Positions 14,422 to 26,850 of a stretch of DNA of 39,852 bases are shown in pieces (position 1 is the first letter of the stretch; each line of letters begins with the position of its first letter). The position numbers and the translations under genes are program-made. The stretch comes from Octopus bimaculoides (taxonomy: Eukaryota). The notes beneath the pieces were generated by a model. It was not told the DNA's origin, ran no database searches, and worked only from the letters and a program-made list of their open reading frames with translations. The stretch lies in the NCBI RefSeq assembly GCF_001194135.2, contig NC_068981.1:76023373-76063224 (forward strand). The letters run 5' to 3'.

Positions 14422-15309
14422 ATATTAAATAAAGGAGGCTTATTCGAAATTTTCAAATTTACAACCGAAAGATAGAACTATAAACATCACCTAAGATGAC
14501 CAAGGATACTAGTAAGCACCAGCATGGCTAGAAATAAGAGTCAAAACACCTGCTAGCAACAAGAAAGCACTTATGACTGACAAGAGAGGCAAACTCCCTT
14601 CAGGATCCGGGGCATAGCCAGATCACCAGTGATTGCTACTCTAAAAAGGTGGCACAAGCAGCATCATCATTCAAAAATACAAATAAAGGTCATTTGAAAA
14701 TATAGTTACCACAACATAAAATATTATCATACAACGCAACGTATAATAATGCTTTGAAACGCTATTGATCTAGCGAGGAAATAAATATACACACATCTGG
14801 AAATTTACTGGTTTTCTCATCACACATTTGCAACGCTATCTGCCAATAATGAATCTGTTATTTTGTCATGCGTTAATAATGAGTATATTATTAAAACTTT
14901 CTCCGTTGAAAAGATATCAGAGGAACACCCGATGAAACGGAATGCGCATGTTCTCGCTTCAGTACCAGATAAATAAATTCACAAGAAAAAATACTTTACT
15001 CAGATATACTGGTACTAACATAATCTAATACAGTAATTTCTTTATAATTACACACACACACACACGCGTGCGCGCGATTTTCCCGATTACTCGTGATTTT
15101 CCTTTTTTTTTTTGATGCAGCAGTGTAGTAAGTGGTTGTATTGTGAATTGGTTGTGCGTTATAAAGTATGTCCCTATGTTACGGAATTTGTTGCAATTCT
15201 ACTGTTGGTATCATTGATTCCAAAGAGTTTACATCTCAATGTTCTTCTCCCTGTTTTATATCAAATAAAGCATTTGCTTAATATTAGGTACATTAATACG
15301 AATAGTAAT

Positions 15310-15520
15310 GCAGCGACCTAGCAGAATCGTTAGCTTGACGAACAAAATGCTTAGCCGCATTTCGTCCGTTTTTATGTTCTGAGTTTAAATGCTGCCGAGG
15401 TTGAATTTGCTGTTCACTCTTCCGAAGTCTATAAAATAAGTACCAGTTGATTACTCGAGTCGTTTGCAATCGGCTTACCACCTTCGGTGAAATTGCTGTA
15501 CTTCAGCGAAAATTTGAAAA
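15310..15520 (+). mobile_element. tRNA-derived SINE, near full length, degenerate
   Basis: A-box-like TAGCAGAATCG (15319-15329) and B-box-like GAGTTTAAATGC (15381-15392) at Pol III-compatible spacing. An inverse copy lies at ~5020-5170. It resembles an abundant octopus SINE as recalled, not searched. Confidence 0.65.
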
Positions 15521-15619
15521 TAATATCAATGGGATAAATGGAGCCAGGTTATCTTTGAATAATATGGTCTGTATTTTCATTGATTTTTTTTTTTTGTGCG
15601 CATCATTATCTCCGATAAA

Positions 15620-16140
15620 ATCGGTCGATGAAATCACATCCTCAATATGACCGTATCCTACCTCATCGCGTTTCTCTTCAGAACCATAATATATTTTCGG
15701 TCGCCATCAGTTGCTGACACACTACATAGCCAATGTGAGGCTAACACGTGGGATTACAATTCTTGGCTGAAAAAGTTTTTCTATGCTTCTAATAACAAAC
15801 AAACACCATGGATTGCATCCAAAATAACTTCACTCGACTACTCGAAGTTTTTTTAACGGATACGCTCTTATTGTCACGGTGTCTTTTCTTTCGCTACTAT
15901 AATAAGCCTCTGTACTTCGGAACAACCTGGTTTTATGATTCCATTATTCAGGTATTTTATCTCATTCGTTTTTCCAATTCTCATCGCACATGGTGCATCG
16001 TTCGTCCTCAGCCACGTATTATTATACCAGACCTTTCTCATCAGGACAACACCCCTCTGGAATTATCTCCGTCAACATGTCTTTCCTGCTGCTGTTGACT
16101 TTAAACAGAATGTTATTTGTATCAAACTTTGACGGCCTGC
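15620..16140 (+). mobile_element. CR1/L2-group LINE, 3' end of RT ORF, frameshifted
   Basis: Stitched frames give *NHILNMT..FLFRTIIYF, HQLLTHYIANVRLT, MDCIQNNFTRLL..LTDTL, CLFFRYYN, LCTSE, RFSNSH and FLIRTTPLWNYLRQHVFPAAVDFK. These are collinear with CR1/L2-group C-terminal motifs (QLLTLYKAQVRP, LDRIQ, LCLFYRYY, SFxPRTxxLWNxLP). Confidence 0.75.
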
Positions 16141-17274
16141 AAAATTCATAGTCCATATCCCTTTCTCTTATGTATTTTTGCGAAACACATGTCAGGCTCG
16201 AAATCTTGGAAGATTGGGTACTGGACAAATCCGCTCTGGAATTTCTGAAATCAGTATGGAAGCACAAACCTATACACGCACATAACGTCGCATAAACACA
16301 CAGTCAGAGATGTACATTCACACGAATACACACGCAAGCCTGCATGCATATACGTGCAAGTAATCACCCAATCACACTTGCATGAAATCGCATTTTGTGG
16401 AAAGGCTAGGAATTTTGTAATATACGGGCAAAATAATAGGAGAGAGATTTGAAGTGCGATAATGCGAAATTCTAAAATTAGAAAGAAATATGTGCTAAAT
16501 AGAGTAAGGAGATATATAATACAAATATAAAGCAACATACAGAAGGAAATCGCCATGCTTGAATTGAGACAAAGTGGGTGCACATACGCCGTTGTTTATG
16601 GATGATGGCTTAAAAGGGGAGACGTACACACATATGCAAATGTAAACATATACTCACACACACACACACACACACACATACATGTATATATGTGCATGTA
16701 TGTATGTATTTATGAATGGTTATATCAATGAGTCGCTATAACTAGTCCTTAAAAGCATTTCACTTAACATAACATAGACATTGTTCTCAAGAGTCGATAA
16801 GTTGAGCTACCATCTTCTGCTTTTCATTCACATGAAAGGATGACATTCAACTGGCAAGGAGGAAATATATTTATGTGGCATGTCGCTTACTATCCACTTT
16901 TGATTAATTTTCGATGTAGCTCCATCAAGTGCGGTCGAGATATTCGGATACTTATTGAGAGACCTTGTATTTAACAGATAAAGAAAGGATACTTACTGNN
17001 NNNNNNNNNNNNNNNNNNNNNNNNNNNNNNNNNNNNNNNNNNNNNNNNNNNNNNNNNNNNNNNNNNNNNNAAATGTATATTGTACTGCCGATACACACGT
17101 GTGCACGCACGCACATGCACATGAACTCTCATACACACATATATCAAATAAAATGCAACTTTATGACTCATAATGCTGATCTTTTTTATGTCTTTACTGT
17201 TTTTACCTTCTCTAAAAGATGTAAATAATATTCAACACCCAACAGTTTATTTTTTAGACGAACAATGATTGGTA

Positions 17275-17370
17275 TATATGTGTGTGCGTGTATGTATGTA
17301 TGTATGTATTTATGTATGTATGTATGAATGTATGTATGTATGTATGTATGTATGTATGTATGTATGTGTA
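17275..17370. repeat. (TATG)n microsatellite
   Basis: Visible tract. Confidence 0.9.
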
Positions 17371-18079
17371 CGTTGCAATGACATTGCTAAGAAGAGATTA
17401 AGGGGTGAAAAAGAAACTACTTACATTTAAATAGACTTTCGCGACTTAGTATACGAAACAAATATTACGTTGATTCGTCTTCGACTGCAAAAGCCGTCCT
17501 TGATAATAAAAAAATTGAATTTCCTGCTGCAGTAAAATAATTTTGCTTAGAATACATACTCTTTATTCGTTTGTATACACACATAATTAATATTTTATTT
17601 TCGAAATTATTGACGCTTTTAGATCTTCCCCTTTTCAGCCCAACGAGCACATATCTGTATATNNNNNNNNNNTATATACACACACGCATATAATCCATAT
17701 AACTTGTATGTTCAATAATACATGATGATACGAATGAATTCGGTTTAATTTCATCATAAATATTTTTATGACAACAGAAAATATATTCCTGAATATTTAG
17801 GAAATACAAGTAAATCTATATATATTTTAGATAAACTTGGAATATATTTCGCAAGTCCATATGATTAGGGTAAATAATAGTAGTAACGGATTTTGTTTTT
17901 CGCTAAGCTTGCCGCCAACTACATTAATTATAACATGATTTTCAGGAGGAAAAGAAATCAAATTGTATGTGTCAGTAGAATCACCATTTAAATTTTACTG
18001 TGACATTCGGCATCCCCTTTACTATTAGTTGGATCATGAACAAAAACTACAGAAAGAGGTGTGCAAAAACCGGCGCCTG

Positions 18080-18592
18080 TGTAAATGACGTAAAAAGAGC
18101 ATAACAAGTCTCTCTGAAACATGATAAACGATTTCTCTGGATGGAGATGACGTCGAATTAATTTGCCTAGAGTGCTCTTGAAGAAAACGGTTAGAAAAAT
18201 GGTGACGTAAAGGGAGTTGAAAGGGTAATACACAAATATGTATAGAAATTGTTGTCCCATACATCCCATATGTCCCAGGGAGGTATAGGAAATTGTAGAT
18301 TGAACTCTCCTCAAGAAAAAGAAACATTTTACTCCCATCTGAGGAATTTAATCTTTTTTTGTTTTTAAATGTAGTCTAGTGGGCAACAAAAGTGATGATT
18401 TTCGATGTGTCACCATAAGGAATATCATGGGAGTTGATAGAAAAATGTGTCCTAAAATGTGAGCTCACAATCCTTGATGTTAATGAGTACAAGCAAGAAA
18501 ATATCAGAGTCTCTCTGAAGGTACTGATCTGTATACAACCGAAAAAACTCGACAATTTCTTTAATCGAATAAATACCGAAGACCGCACTTAG
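18080..18592 (+). mobile_element. Highly degenerate Penelope-like element, RT C-terminus, linker and endonuclease tail
   Basis: Across frameshifts: ALEENG* (18174-18194, cf. LxxNGY), VPYIPYVPG (18254-18280, cf. linker VxxPYVxG), and ISWE...ILDVNE...IRVSLK...NFFNR (18422-18592, cf. IDWxxxxILD...RESxxI...LNR). The GIY and YIG motifs themselves are not seen. Confidence 0.4.
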
Positions 18593-18914
18593 TTTTCATG
18601 TTACGTACGCCAACACATTTTGTAAATATCTTCTCTCGCCAAATGCCTCTGTACATTCCTCATTTCCCTGATATTTGCGTAAATGACTGTAAGTTATGAT
18701 TGTAAAAGATTTTATTTTATTTCTATGGATCAAAATATGTTGATCTAAAAATATCATGAGCGATACAGATTTAGAATCACTATTAACAGAAAAATCAATG
18801 AAATAGAAAATTATGTTGAAATGTGTTCAAGATAAAAGTAATGATTAATGTGTGTTTCCATGTCTAATTCTGCGTTTATATGCAATAGTTATACATAATA
18901 CATATATACACATA

Positions 18915-18916
<2 letters not shown>

Positions 18917-18986
<70 letters not shown>

Positions 18987-19539
18987 NNNNNNNNNNNNNN
19001 NNNNNNNNNNNNNNNNNNNNNNNNNNNNNNNNNNNNNNNNNNNNNNNNNNNNNNNNNNNNNNNNNNNNNNNNNNNNNNNNNNNNNNNNNNNNNNNNNNNN
19101 NNNNNNNNNNNNNNNNNNNNNNNNNNNNNNNNNNNNNNNNNNNNNNNNNNNNNNNNNNNNNNNNNNNNNNNNNNNNNNNNNNNNNNNNNNNNNNNNNNNN
19201 NNNNNNNNNNNNNNNNNNNNNNNNNNNNNNNNNNNNNNNNNNNNNNNNNNNNNNNNNNNNNNNNNNNNNNNNNNNNNNNNNNNNNNNNNNNNNNNNNNNN
19301 NNNNNNNNNNNNNNNNNNNNNNNNNNNNNNNNNNNNNNNNNNNNNNNNNNNNNNNNNNNNNNNNNNNNNNNNNNNNNNNNNNNNNNNNNNNNNNNNNNNN
19401 NNNNNNNNNNNNNNNNNNNNNNNNNNNNNNNNNNNNNNNNNNNNNNNNNNNNNNNNNNNNNNNNNNNNNNNNNNNNNNNNNNNNNNNNNNNNNNNNNNNN
19501 NNNNNNNNNNNNNNNNNNNNNNNNNNNNNNNNNNNNNNN

Positions 19540-19599
<60 letters not shown>

Positions 19600-19605
19600 T
19601 GTGTA
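18917..19605. repeat. (TG)n microsatellite spanning an assembly gap (N 18987-19539)
   Basis: TG tracts are visible on both sides of the N run. Confidence 0.95.
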
Positions 19606-19810
19606 CATAATATTTTTGGACTAATGGGTATATGTCGATTAGTGTGTTCAAGTGCTGAGTAGAGCGCTGACAGTTTGGGCTACCTGGCCTCATCCATAGC
19701 AGGGCTTGTTTCTGTTGGATCTATTTCAGGTATTCAGCAGTGTCAGTTGAGATAATAATAATTGTTTAAGTGACGAGAAGATGAATTTGGTATTAATCCT
19801 TAATTTGTAC
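19595..19810 (-). mobile_element. Penelope-like element RT N-terminal fragment (inverted piece)
   Basis: The minus strand contains ggattaataccaaattcat, a decayed GLPKIH. It is followed by EYLK and MRPGSPNCQRSTQHLNTLIDIYPLVQKYY, similar to the PLE RT pattern LRPIVAGPxCxTxxLSxFIDILLKP. The piece runs into (CA)n. Confidence 0.55.
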
Positions 19811-19869
19811 AACGGTCTTTCGACCCATCCTGCTAATATAGATGTACCTGATGGGATCCAGACTGCAAA

Positions 19870-20700
19870 ATTGATGCAGCACAACACTTTGAAAGGAGTA
19901 CCACCTATAAGCAAAATCCTAGAACAATGCCCCGCAAACATAAACCCGAAATACCAAATCTTCCCTTTCTATCAATGCACCGAAAACATTTCAACCCAAT
20001 TCCGTTTAAATAAGGAAGCATACTCATTAAAAAATATAAACCACAGCTGAATATCCTTTAGAAAGAAGAAAAAACACTAAAGAGAAAAAGGTAAAAACAC
20101 TCACTTTCTCCACAAAAAAAACAACCAGATACAACAGACACGTTTTAAAAGCTTTAGTAATAGTCTTTCTGCCGGGTTTCGATACCGCAACTCCAACTCC
20201 ATACAACCACCAGTTGCCGACCTCACCTAACTCTAGACCAAAGAAATTTTACAAACACCAGTTTCTGACGTCACCTATCTCTAGATCAATGAAATTTTAC
20301 CTCCGATCAAAACCGGACTTCAGTAGATACAACAAAATAGCTCTTTAAGAGAATCAACCAACTAGAACGGCTGAGACCGTTTCCCACAGGGAAGCCAACC
20401 AAGCAGAACGACAATCTTGACCACCAGAAAAACAAGACATCCCAAGTATTTTAACGAATAAAAAAGTCATATCTGTTCGCGGAAAAAATTATAAATACAC
20501 CGGATTCCAAAACAGCAGTTACAAGTTCCTGCACACAACAGAAAGAGAATCACAGAAACTGTAAACCAAATCGTTCTTTTTACTATCTTCATTTCTCCCT
20601 TGTTTTTTTCCCTCTTAACTCAGAATGACTGAAACTTTGATGATATTCTTGTCGACCTCTACTAACACTATTGAAATTTGTACATTTAAACAAGTTGATC
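19870..20700 (+). mobile_element. Penelope-like element 3' end: GIY-YIG endonuclease C-terminus plus 3' region
   Basis: PISKILEQC...KYQIFPFYQC...RLNKEAY, then after a 1-nt frameshift IKKYKPQLN (att aaa aaa tat aaa cca cag ctg aat, to ~20052). This fits the ExxFIxxxxPxLN end of PLE endonucleases. The extent of the non-coding tail is inferred. Confidence 0.65.
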
Positions 20701-21264
20701 CACAGTCTTTATATTATAGACTGTTATGAACATGTAAACTTGCCAACATTGAAACTTTTAAATATGTTTTTCTAATTCATAATTCTAAATGTTATACCAT
20801 TGATAAACAAAATTATTGTTGAAACTAGTTTGGTATATATGTAAATAAATTTGTTTTAAAACAATTACTAGTTTTTTCAAATCTGGGTGCATTTTCAACA
20901 ACAAATATGGCTATATTTTTTCCTGCGTGGAAATACAACCCTCTTTTGATTATGTGTGTGTGTGTGTGTGTGTGTCTGTGTGAATGTATGTGTGTGTGTG
21001 TACCAATATGAGAATTATTCATGGATTTTGAAGATCTTTAGTATATATTTGGGATTGACAACATTTCTTGGAATATTCTTTGGTAGATTATATTGGAACT
21101 GACAGAAAGCAGAAATGATGTACTCATATTAAAATGTTTCTGTTGTGTTCAACATATATGCAGTCATTACTAACTTGGCTGTTATGTTTGATGAGTGCAC
21201 CGAACCGCTGCTACACAGATATCATCATCAGAGCTATACATGTTTTGCTCAAATATAATTAGTG

Positions 21265-21267
<3 letters not shown>

Positions 21268-21304
<37 letters not shown>

Positions 21305-21430
21305 AATATATATATAAATACATATATATACATATATATGTATACATATATATACATACACATACATATATTTTCTATATACATATATATATATACGCAT
21401 ATAAATATATGTATATATATATATATATAC
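21268..21430. repeat. (TG)n/(TA)n compound microsatellite
   Basis: Visible tract. Confidence 0.9.
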
Positions 21431-21431
21431 G

Positions 21432-21642
21432 CAATGGCTCGTAATGAGACGCAGTTTAGGGCAGCTATATCAAATTCTCTCATACACCAGATGTGCCATC
21501 AAAGCTCTTGATTGGACCATATCAGGTGGGGGAGAAGAGCCATGCAAGGAACGTGAAGAGAGCACAGCATAAAGACGGAAAATCACGGTGGTGCACCAGC
21601 ATGACCGCAGCCACTTGGCTGAAACACATAAATAAATAAATA

Positions 21643-21650
<8 letters not shown>
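21432..21650 (+). mobile_element. SINE 3' portion with (TAAA)n tail
   Basis: GC-richer island ending CAGCATGACCGCAGCCACTTGGCTGAAACA followed by (TAAA)n. It resembles octopus SINE 3' ends as recalled, not searched. Confidence 0.5.
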
Positions 21651-21698
<48 letters not shown>

Positions 21699-21699
21699 A

Positions 21700-21910
21700 T
21701 ATAGGTACAGGACGTCACTAACTGTGTAAACAACATGAAGTACGAAAACAAACGAGTTAAATACGCAAACGAGAGAAAAAAATGGAAAACAGGACAAGTA
21801 ACTCAATGAACGACCCTTAATTAGCTGTCGGCTGTCTATCTACTCCTCATTTCGAGCATTCAACGACAATATGGGACTTTGAAGACAATTGCTCCATAAA
21901 TTCCAACATA
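21700..21910 (-). repeat. Interspersed repeat fragment, possibly a PLE terminal repeat
   Basis: Resembles a recalled abundant octopus repeat (gctgtctatctactcctcatttcgagcattcaacgacaat). The family assignment is inference only. Confidence 0.3.
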
Positions 21911-22054
21911 TTTTTATATATATACTCTCAAGCTACAGTATTAGGTCAGCATGTTTGTAAATAAGTGCTCGTGCCTACATTTAATAAATATATTCTAGTA
22001 TCAGATCAGAAGGATTTCTTCCTCCTCCTAGAAAGACAGAATTGCCATTGTTAT

Positions 22055-22136
22055 TATAGATGTTTTCGATCTAGTTTGGATTCTTTGCCATCAAGTTCGA
22101 TGGCAAAGAATCCAAACTAGATCGAAAACATCTATA
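22055..22136. repeat. Perfect inverted repeat, 38-bp arms and 6-nt loop
   Basis: 22055-22092 (tatagatgttttcgatctagtttggattctttgccatc) is the exact reverse complement of 22099-22136. The loop is aagttc. Confidence 0.97.
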
Positions 22137-24934
22137 CTTAAATGATGGTTAGCGCTCATTCTTGTACATATATTCTAGACTTTAGCATTTAAAATTTACC
22201 TTTTTTAGGAGGAAGCACATCTTCTTGATTTACCTATTATTGCTCTTCAGTTCTTGAAGTTCACTTTACAGATTTGCGGAAATAATCATACTCTAACTTA
22301 CAAATTATAATGCACACATATACGTATTGTTCATTCATCTGATATGCAATCACCATCACTGTTATATTCTTTATCCTTATCCTAAATAAAGTTATTATGC
22401 ATTTGATTCATTGTCTTCTAGCACCAACGTACTTATCTTTACTAAACTAATTGGTACGTCTAAATCGTTCTGTTGTTTACTGTGTTCAGTCATCTCACAT
22501 TACTGTTGTTTTACATTTCATGTTTTGATTAACTCCAGTTCCACTTGAGTATATTGAATCCTACAACAATCCATTTATACGAAATGCAATATATCTCCGC
22601 ATAAAACACTTCACTCACCAGATGTGCATTTTATACTTAATCGAATTCCTCTTGAATTCTATTTTTGACCCTGTTTTCGCAGTTAAAATGTCTATTTAAC
22701 TAGATAAAATATTAAAATCCTTATTTCTTTCCGCAATGTAAACGTATGTTTTTTCTAACTATGGTAGTACAAAAATTGAAGTTTACAACTAACTCGCAAA
22801 CGAACTAAAGAAAGGTGTAACAGAAAATACAATTAGGATACATAAGGAAAATGGAAAATATAACAATTCATTAATATATACATTCGTGACCAACAGATTC
22901 AGCTTGCAACTATAGAACATGGAAAATACTTTACAGATTAGCTAAAGTATTGTTATTTACATTCCATTACGTATAAACTATTAATAAATGCTTCATTACT
23001 AAGAGTTCATCATAGATTCACTGACTCATGCTGTTTTCAAATAGAATATACATTTTGCATTGAAAAAATATGAAGAATGCGGAAAGTAAAAACATATTCT
23101 TTATTTTGAAATATATATAAAGAAAAAAGAAATAAAGCACATAGCTACAAAAAAAAAAAAAAAAGAAGTCGGGAAATACAAAACGAAATTGAAGTTAAAT
23201 ACAAAACATTCAGAGAAATATATATGTGTTCTTCTGTTGAGAATTGAATTACTTTTGATATTTAGTAGAGAAGTGAAAATAGAAATAAAATGTAATAAAA
23301 TATAACAAAGTTATCAGTAAATAGAAATAAGGAATAGTAAACGCGTAGGCAGGAGAAATAAAGGTAACAGCATATAAAGATTCAACTAGCACTTAGGAAT
23401 AAATTTTATGTCGTTAGGTGAACGGAAGATGTCTAATATTCCGAGCAGAATTTCTCGTCGGAATGTTCTCTAGTGTTGGTAAATATACTGAACAAAATCC
23501 TTTGCCTTCTTTTATTGCCTACAGCATAATATTTATTTCACTGTTAGGAGATATTGTATTGCTATTTGGAGATGTACAATATCACCGATTCCTTGAGGTT
23601 CCCTTCAATTTTATTATGAAACGCTGGAAATTCTTGTCAAAATTATATTCTTAAATGAAATTAAAGCTAGAAAAAGAATAGTAGAGTCAGTTTAAAATAA
23701 GAAAACCTCAATGAAAACAACTATGATTGATCTTAAATTTATCGGTGAGACAGCGTACACTATATATCGTTGCTATTATGCAAAAGTGTCGTAAGTCCAG
23801 AAAACGAAAAGATAGTTTCACTATAGCAAAACCGCTGTACGACAAATGCTTGATATCTTGGATTCTGAAGCCGCTGGAGATACAATAGTTTGACCAAAAG
23901 GAGCGGCTATTGCAAGCAAAAATAGATATTGAAAAAAAATGCATTTGGCCAAATTTTGACATCCGAGATTTTAACATAATAGCAAAGATATGTATATATT
24001 CGGCATGTTATATATATATATATATATATATTCTCTGTGTACGTTCAAACTTTACACCAAATATACTACGTAGCTTACAAATTCATAACAAAAATATTAT
24101 CTCCTAACCATGTAATATGTCATATTATAAATCGTTATCTACATGAACTATTGCTTTTATTTTAATGTAATAGGTAAACTGTAACGTAATATGTAACGTT
24201 GACACTGAAGCAAAGATACTGCTGATGATATCATCACCATCATCATCACCATCATGATCACCATCATGCATATCACGAGCATCACAGCATTTTTGAATGC
24301 AAGTCTCAATTAAATATTCAGATACTTTGCTTACGTTCTGAGACCAGGTGCTTTATATGATTATATTTCAGCCTAGCAGTCACGAAATGGCATACACATT
24401 AATTTTTGAAGTTTGATAAACTAAATAACTTCGCTTATGGAAAGAAAACTAACAAATTGAAGATAACTTTCACGTTACTATAATGAAATGAGATTCGAAG
24501 ACTACCTTAGTGTTAAAAATTTATTTCTTTAAACACTACGGTTTTTTAAATATAATTTCAGTGTCGAAATTATTTACCGCAACATCTCATTTGTTTTAGC
24601 CTGTAGACAATCAGTGTGTGTGTGTGTGTAAAGCATGTAAACAGTCTCACAAATGTAGCCATGTTAGAATGTCACATCCAAGAGTGATGGCCCTTTTAGC
24701 GCAGTATTTAGTTCCTTCTAGCCCTAGCGCTTTATTTATCGATCTTCATCGATCTTTAACGAATGATTAGTTAACTTTGCCATAAATAGAGGCCGAATGA
24801 CGTAAGACATCCATTGATTTGCACGTATACACACAGTGAAATATACCCTTACACATACACACATTTACAGACGCATGCACATATCCGTTCTCTCACACAT
24901 AAACGCATACACACACACAGATACACATGTATAC

Positions 24935-24936
<2 letters not shown>

Positions 24937-24968
<32 letters not shown>

Positions 24969-24970
24969 GT

Positions 24971-25004
<34 letters not shown>

Positions 25005-25040
25005 AAGCAAGATATGGATAGAGAGGGAGAGAGAAAAAGA
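24937..25040. repeat. (GA)n microsatellite
   Basis: Visible tract. Confidence 0.9.
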
Positions 25041-25997
25041 AAGTTATTTAATTAATTTGGGTTATTTCCATTCAAACGGCCAAAAAGTTAATCAATGTTT
25101 CGAAGTCCATGTGAATCCGCGTATATTCAAATTGCAATGGAGTATTAAACTTTATTTTACCTTCGAAATTCAGTCAGTTTTATATACACTTTGAACAATT
25201 TGGTGTATGTATATGCAAGAGCAGAATACTTTGATATTTTTATTACAACCAGAAACGGTATGTTGCAATAAAAACTCTTAAGCAAAGATCCCTTTTACTA
25301 TTCTGTTTTTGGACGTACACACTATAAATCATTCAATTATATGTGTACACATACACACACATAATACACACGCACACAGAAATATATATATATATATATA
25401 TAGGTTTGCGCACAATTTCTGCACTCAAGGTCTTTGTCAGCTGGAAAGGGATATTGAACGAGAAACAATGCTGAGGATGGGCTAACTTCTTAAGTTTACG
25501 ACTATGCTGTTCATATTTCTAAAAAAAAAATGATGACTTTCCTTTAGTGTATACGATTTTGACAAGCATTTTGATTTGTCTACATATTTGCAAATATGTT
25601 ACAAAAATACTTTAAAAATGTAAAACACTAGGATGAGGTAAAATCAATAAACAAATAAGGTGCATTAGGTTGACGCTCATGAAAAATTGAAGAAGTTTTT
25701 AAAGCTTCCAGCATATGCCCTTCAACGAAAGGGTAAATGAAAAAGATAATGATAGAGAGAAGACAACGTATCTCGATCACACGAATACAGTATTTGCAAA
25801 TAGCAAACAAGACAATCACAATAAGCAGCCAATATCAAAATAACTACTAGAATAGATTTCATGAACTAGAGCTTTTAAGGTGGTACCCGACCATTGATAC
25901 AGTCCTCTGACTCAATGAATTAAAAGCATAAACGGTTAGTCTATTTTTTTTATTTTGCTTACATTTAATGGGACTGAATGCACAAAGTTCAATTTTT

Positions 25998-26260
25998 AGA
26001 GTATCGATCTCATAGCCACAATGTTGTGGGTCCGATTTCTGGACTATGCGTTGTGTGCTTGAGCAAGGTACTTCCCTTCCTGCTTTTCTAGTTTAATCAT
26101 TTGAAAACAAATACCAGCCGATGGCTGATGCGACCTCGTTTCAATCTCTGCAGCTGACATATACTCTAATTTCTGCTGGGTCAAAGTAGGATAGCTGAGA
26201 GGTAGTCAAAACGTCAAGCCAATGCAGCATAAGAGCTGTTCGGTCATACTGGCTTGTTAG
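25998..26260 (+). mobile_element. Degenerate tRNA-head/CORE-like SINE
   Basis: B-box-like GGTCCGATTTCT (26029-26040) followed by CORE-like CTTGAGCAAGGTACTTC (26058-26074), which is shared with 7671-7687. Confidence 0.55.
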
Positions 26261-26639
26261 TGACTCGCAATCTTTTTTAAAGTAGAGGCTGCACTGACAA
26301 GTCATTAATTACCTCCGAATGTTTAAACGGAAAAGCTCTTCAATCTTACTGTTGCCGACAGTCATTATAAAAAAAGTACTAAAACGTATACCTCTTGTCT
26401 TAAGAACTAATGTAATACAGAAGACTTGAATACAGTTTTTAAAATTCTTAAAAACTTTGGCTTTTAAAAATATATGAATCTTCAAATGCTCTTACACACT
26501 CAACTTTATAATTATCAGACAGATGGCGTCTAAGAAAAATGTAATAATAATTTTTTTTAATTAATTCTTAATTTCGAAAACAGTAAATCTTTTAGCATAA
26601 CATGCAAAGGAGATAAAATATTATTAACATGAGTAAATG

Positions 26640-26640
26640 G

Positions 26641-26718
<78 letters not shown>

Positions 26719-26850
26719 ATTATAAAAGAAATCATTATTAATTATTATTGATGTTATCATTATTCTTACTACTACTACTGCTGCGACTGTTGCTTTTGCA
26801 TTTGTTGGTGGTGGTGGCGGTGGTGTAGGCGGTGGCGGCGGAGGCATTCT
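26640..26850. repeat. Compound trinucleotide repeat (ATT)n(GTT)n ... (GGT/GGC)n
   Basis: Visible tract; the source of the poly-N/poly-P ORF 26557-26871. Confidence 0.9.

Noticed and set aside
15840-15960. Minus-strand EIKYLNNGIIKPGCSE resembling a Gypsy RT start
   Set aside because: The plus strand of the same bases carries a longer collinear CR1/L2 motif series, so this is an antisense coincidence.
18376-18450. LVGNKSD (Ras-like G4 motif) after an AG acceptor-like site
   Set aside because: A stop follows within 28 codons, no other GTPase motifs are nearby, and the region overlaps the putative PLE remnant.
20285-20335. ATGA...AAAA...AGAT as a SECIS element
   Set aside because: Helix II pairing is poor, and the ATGA arises within a degenerate direct repeat.
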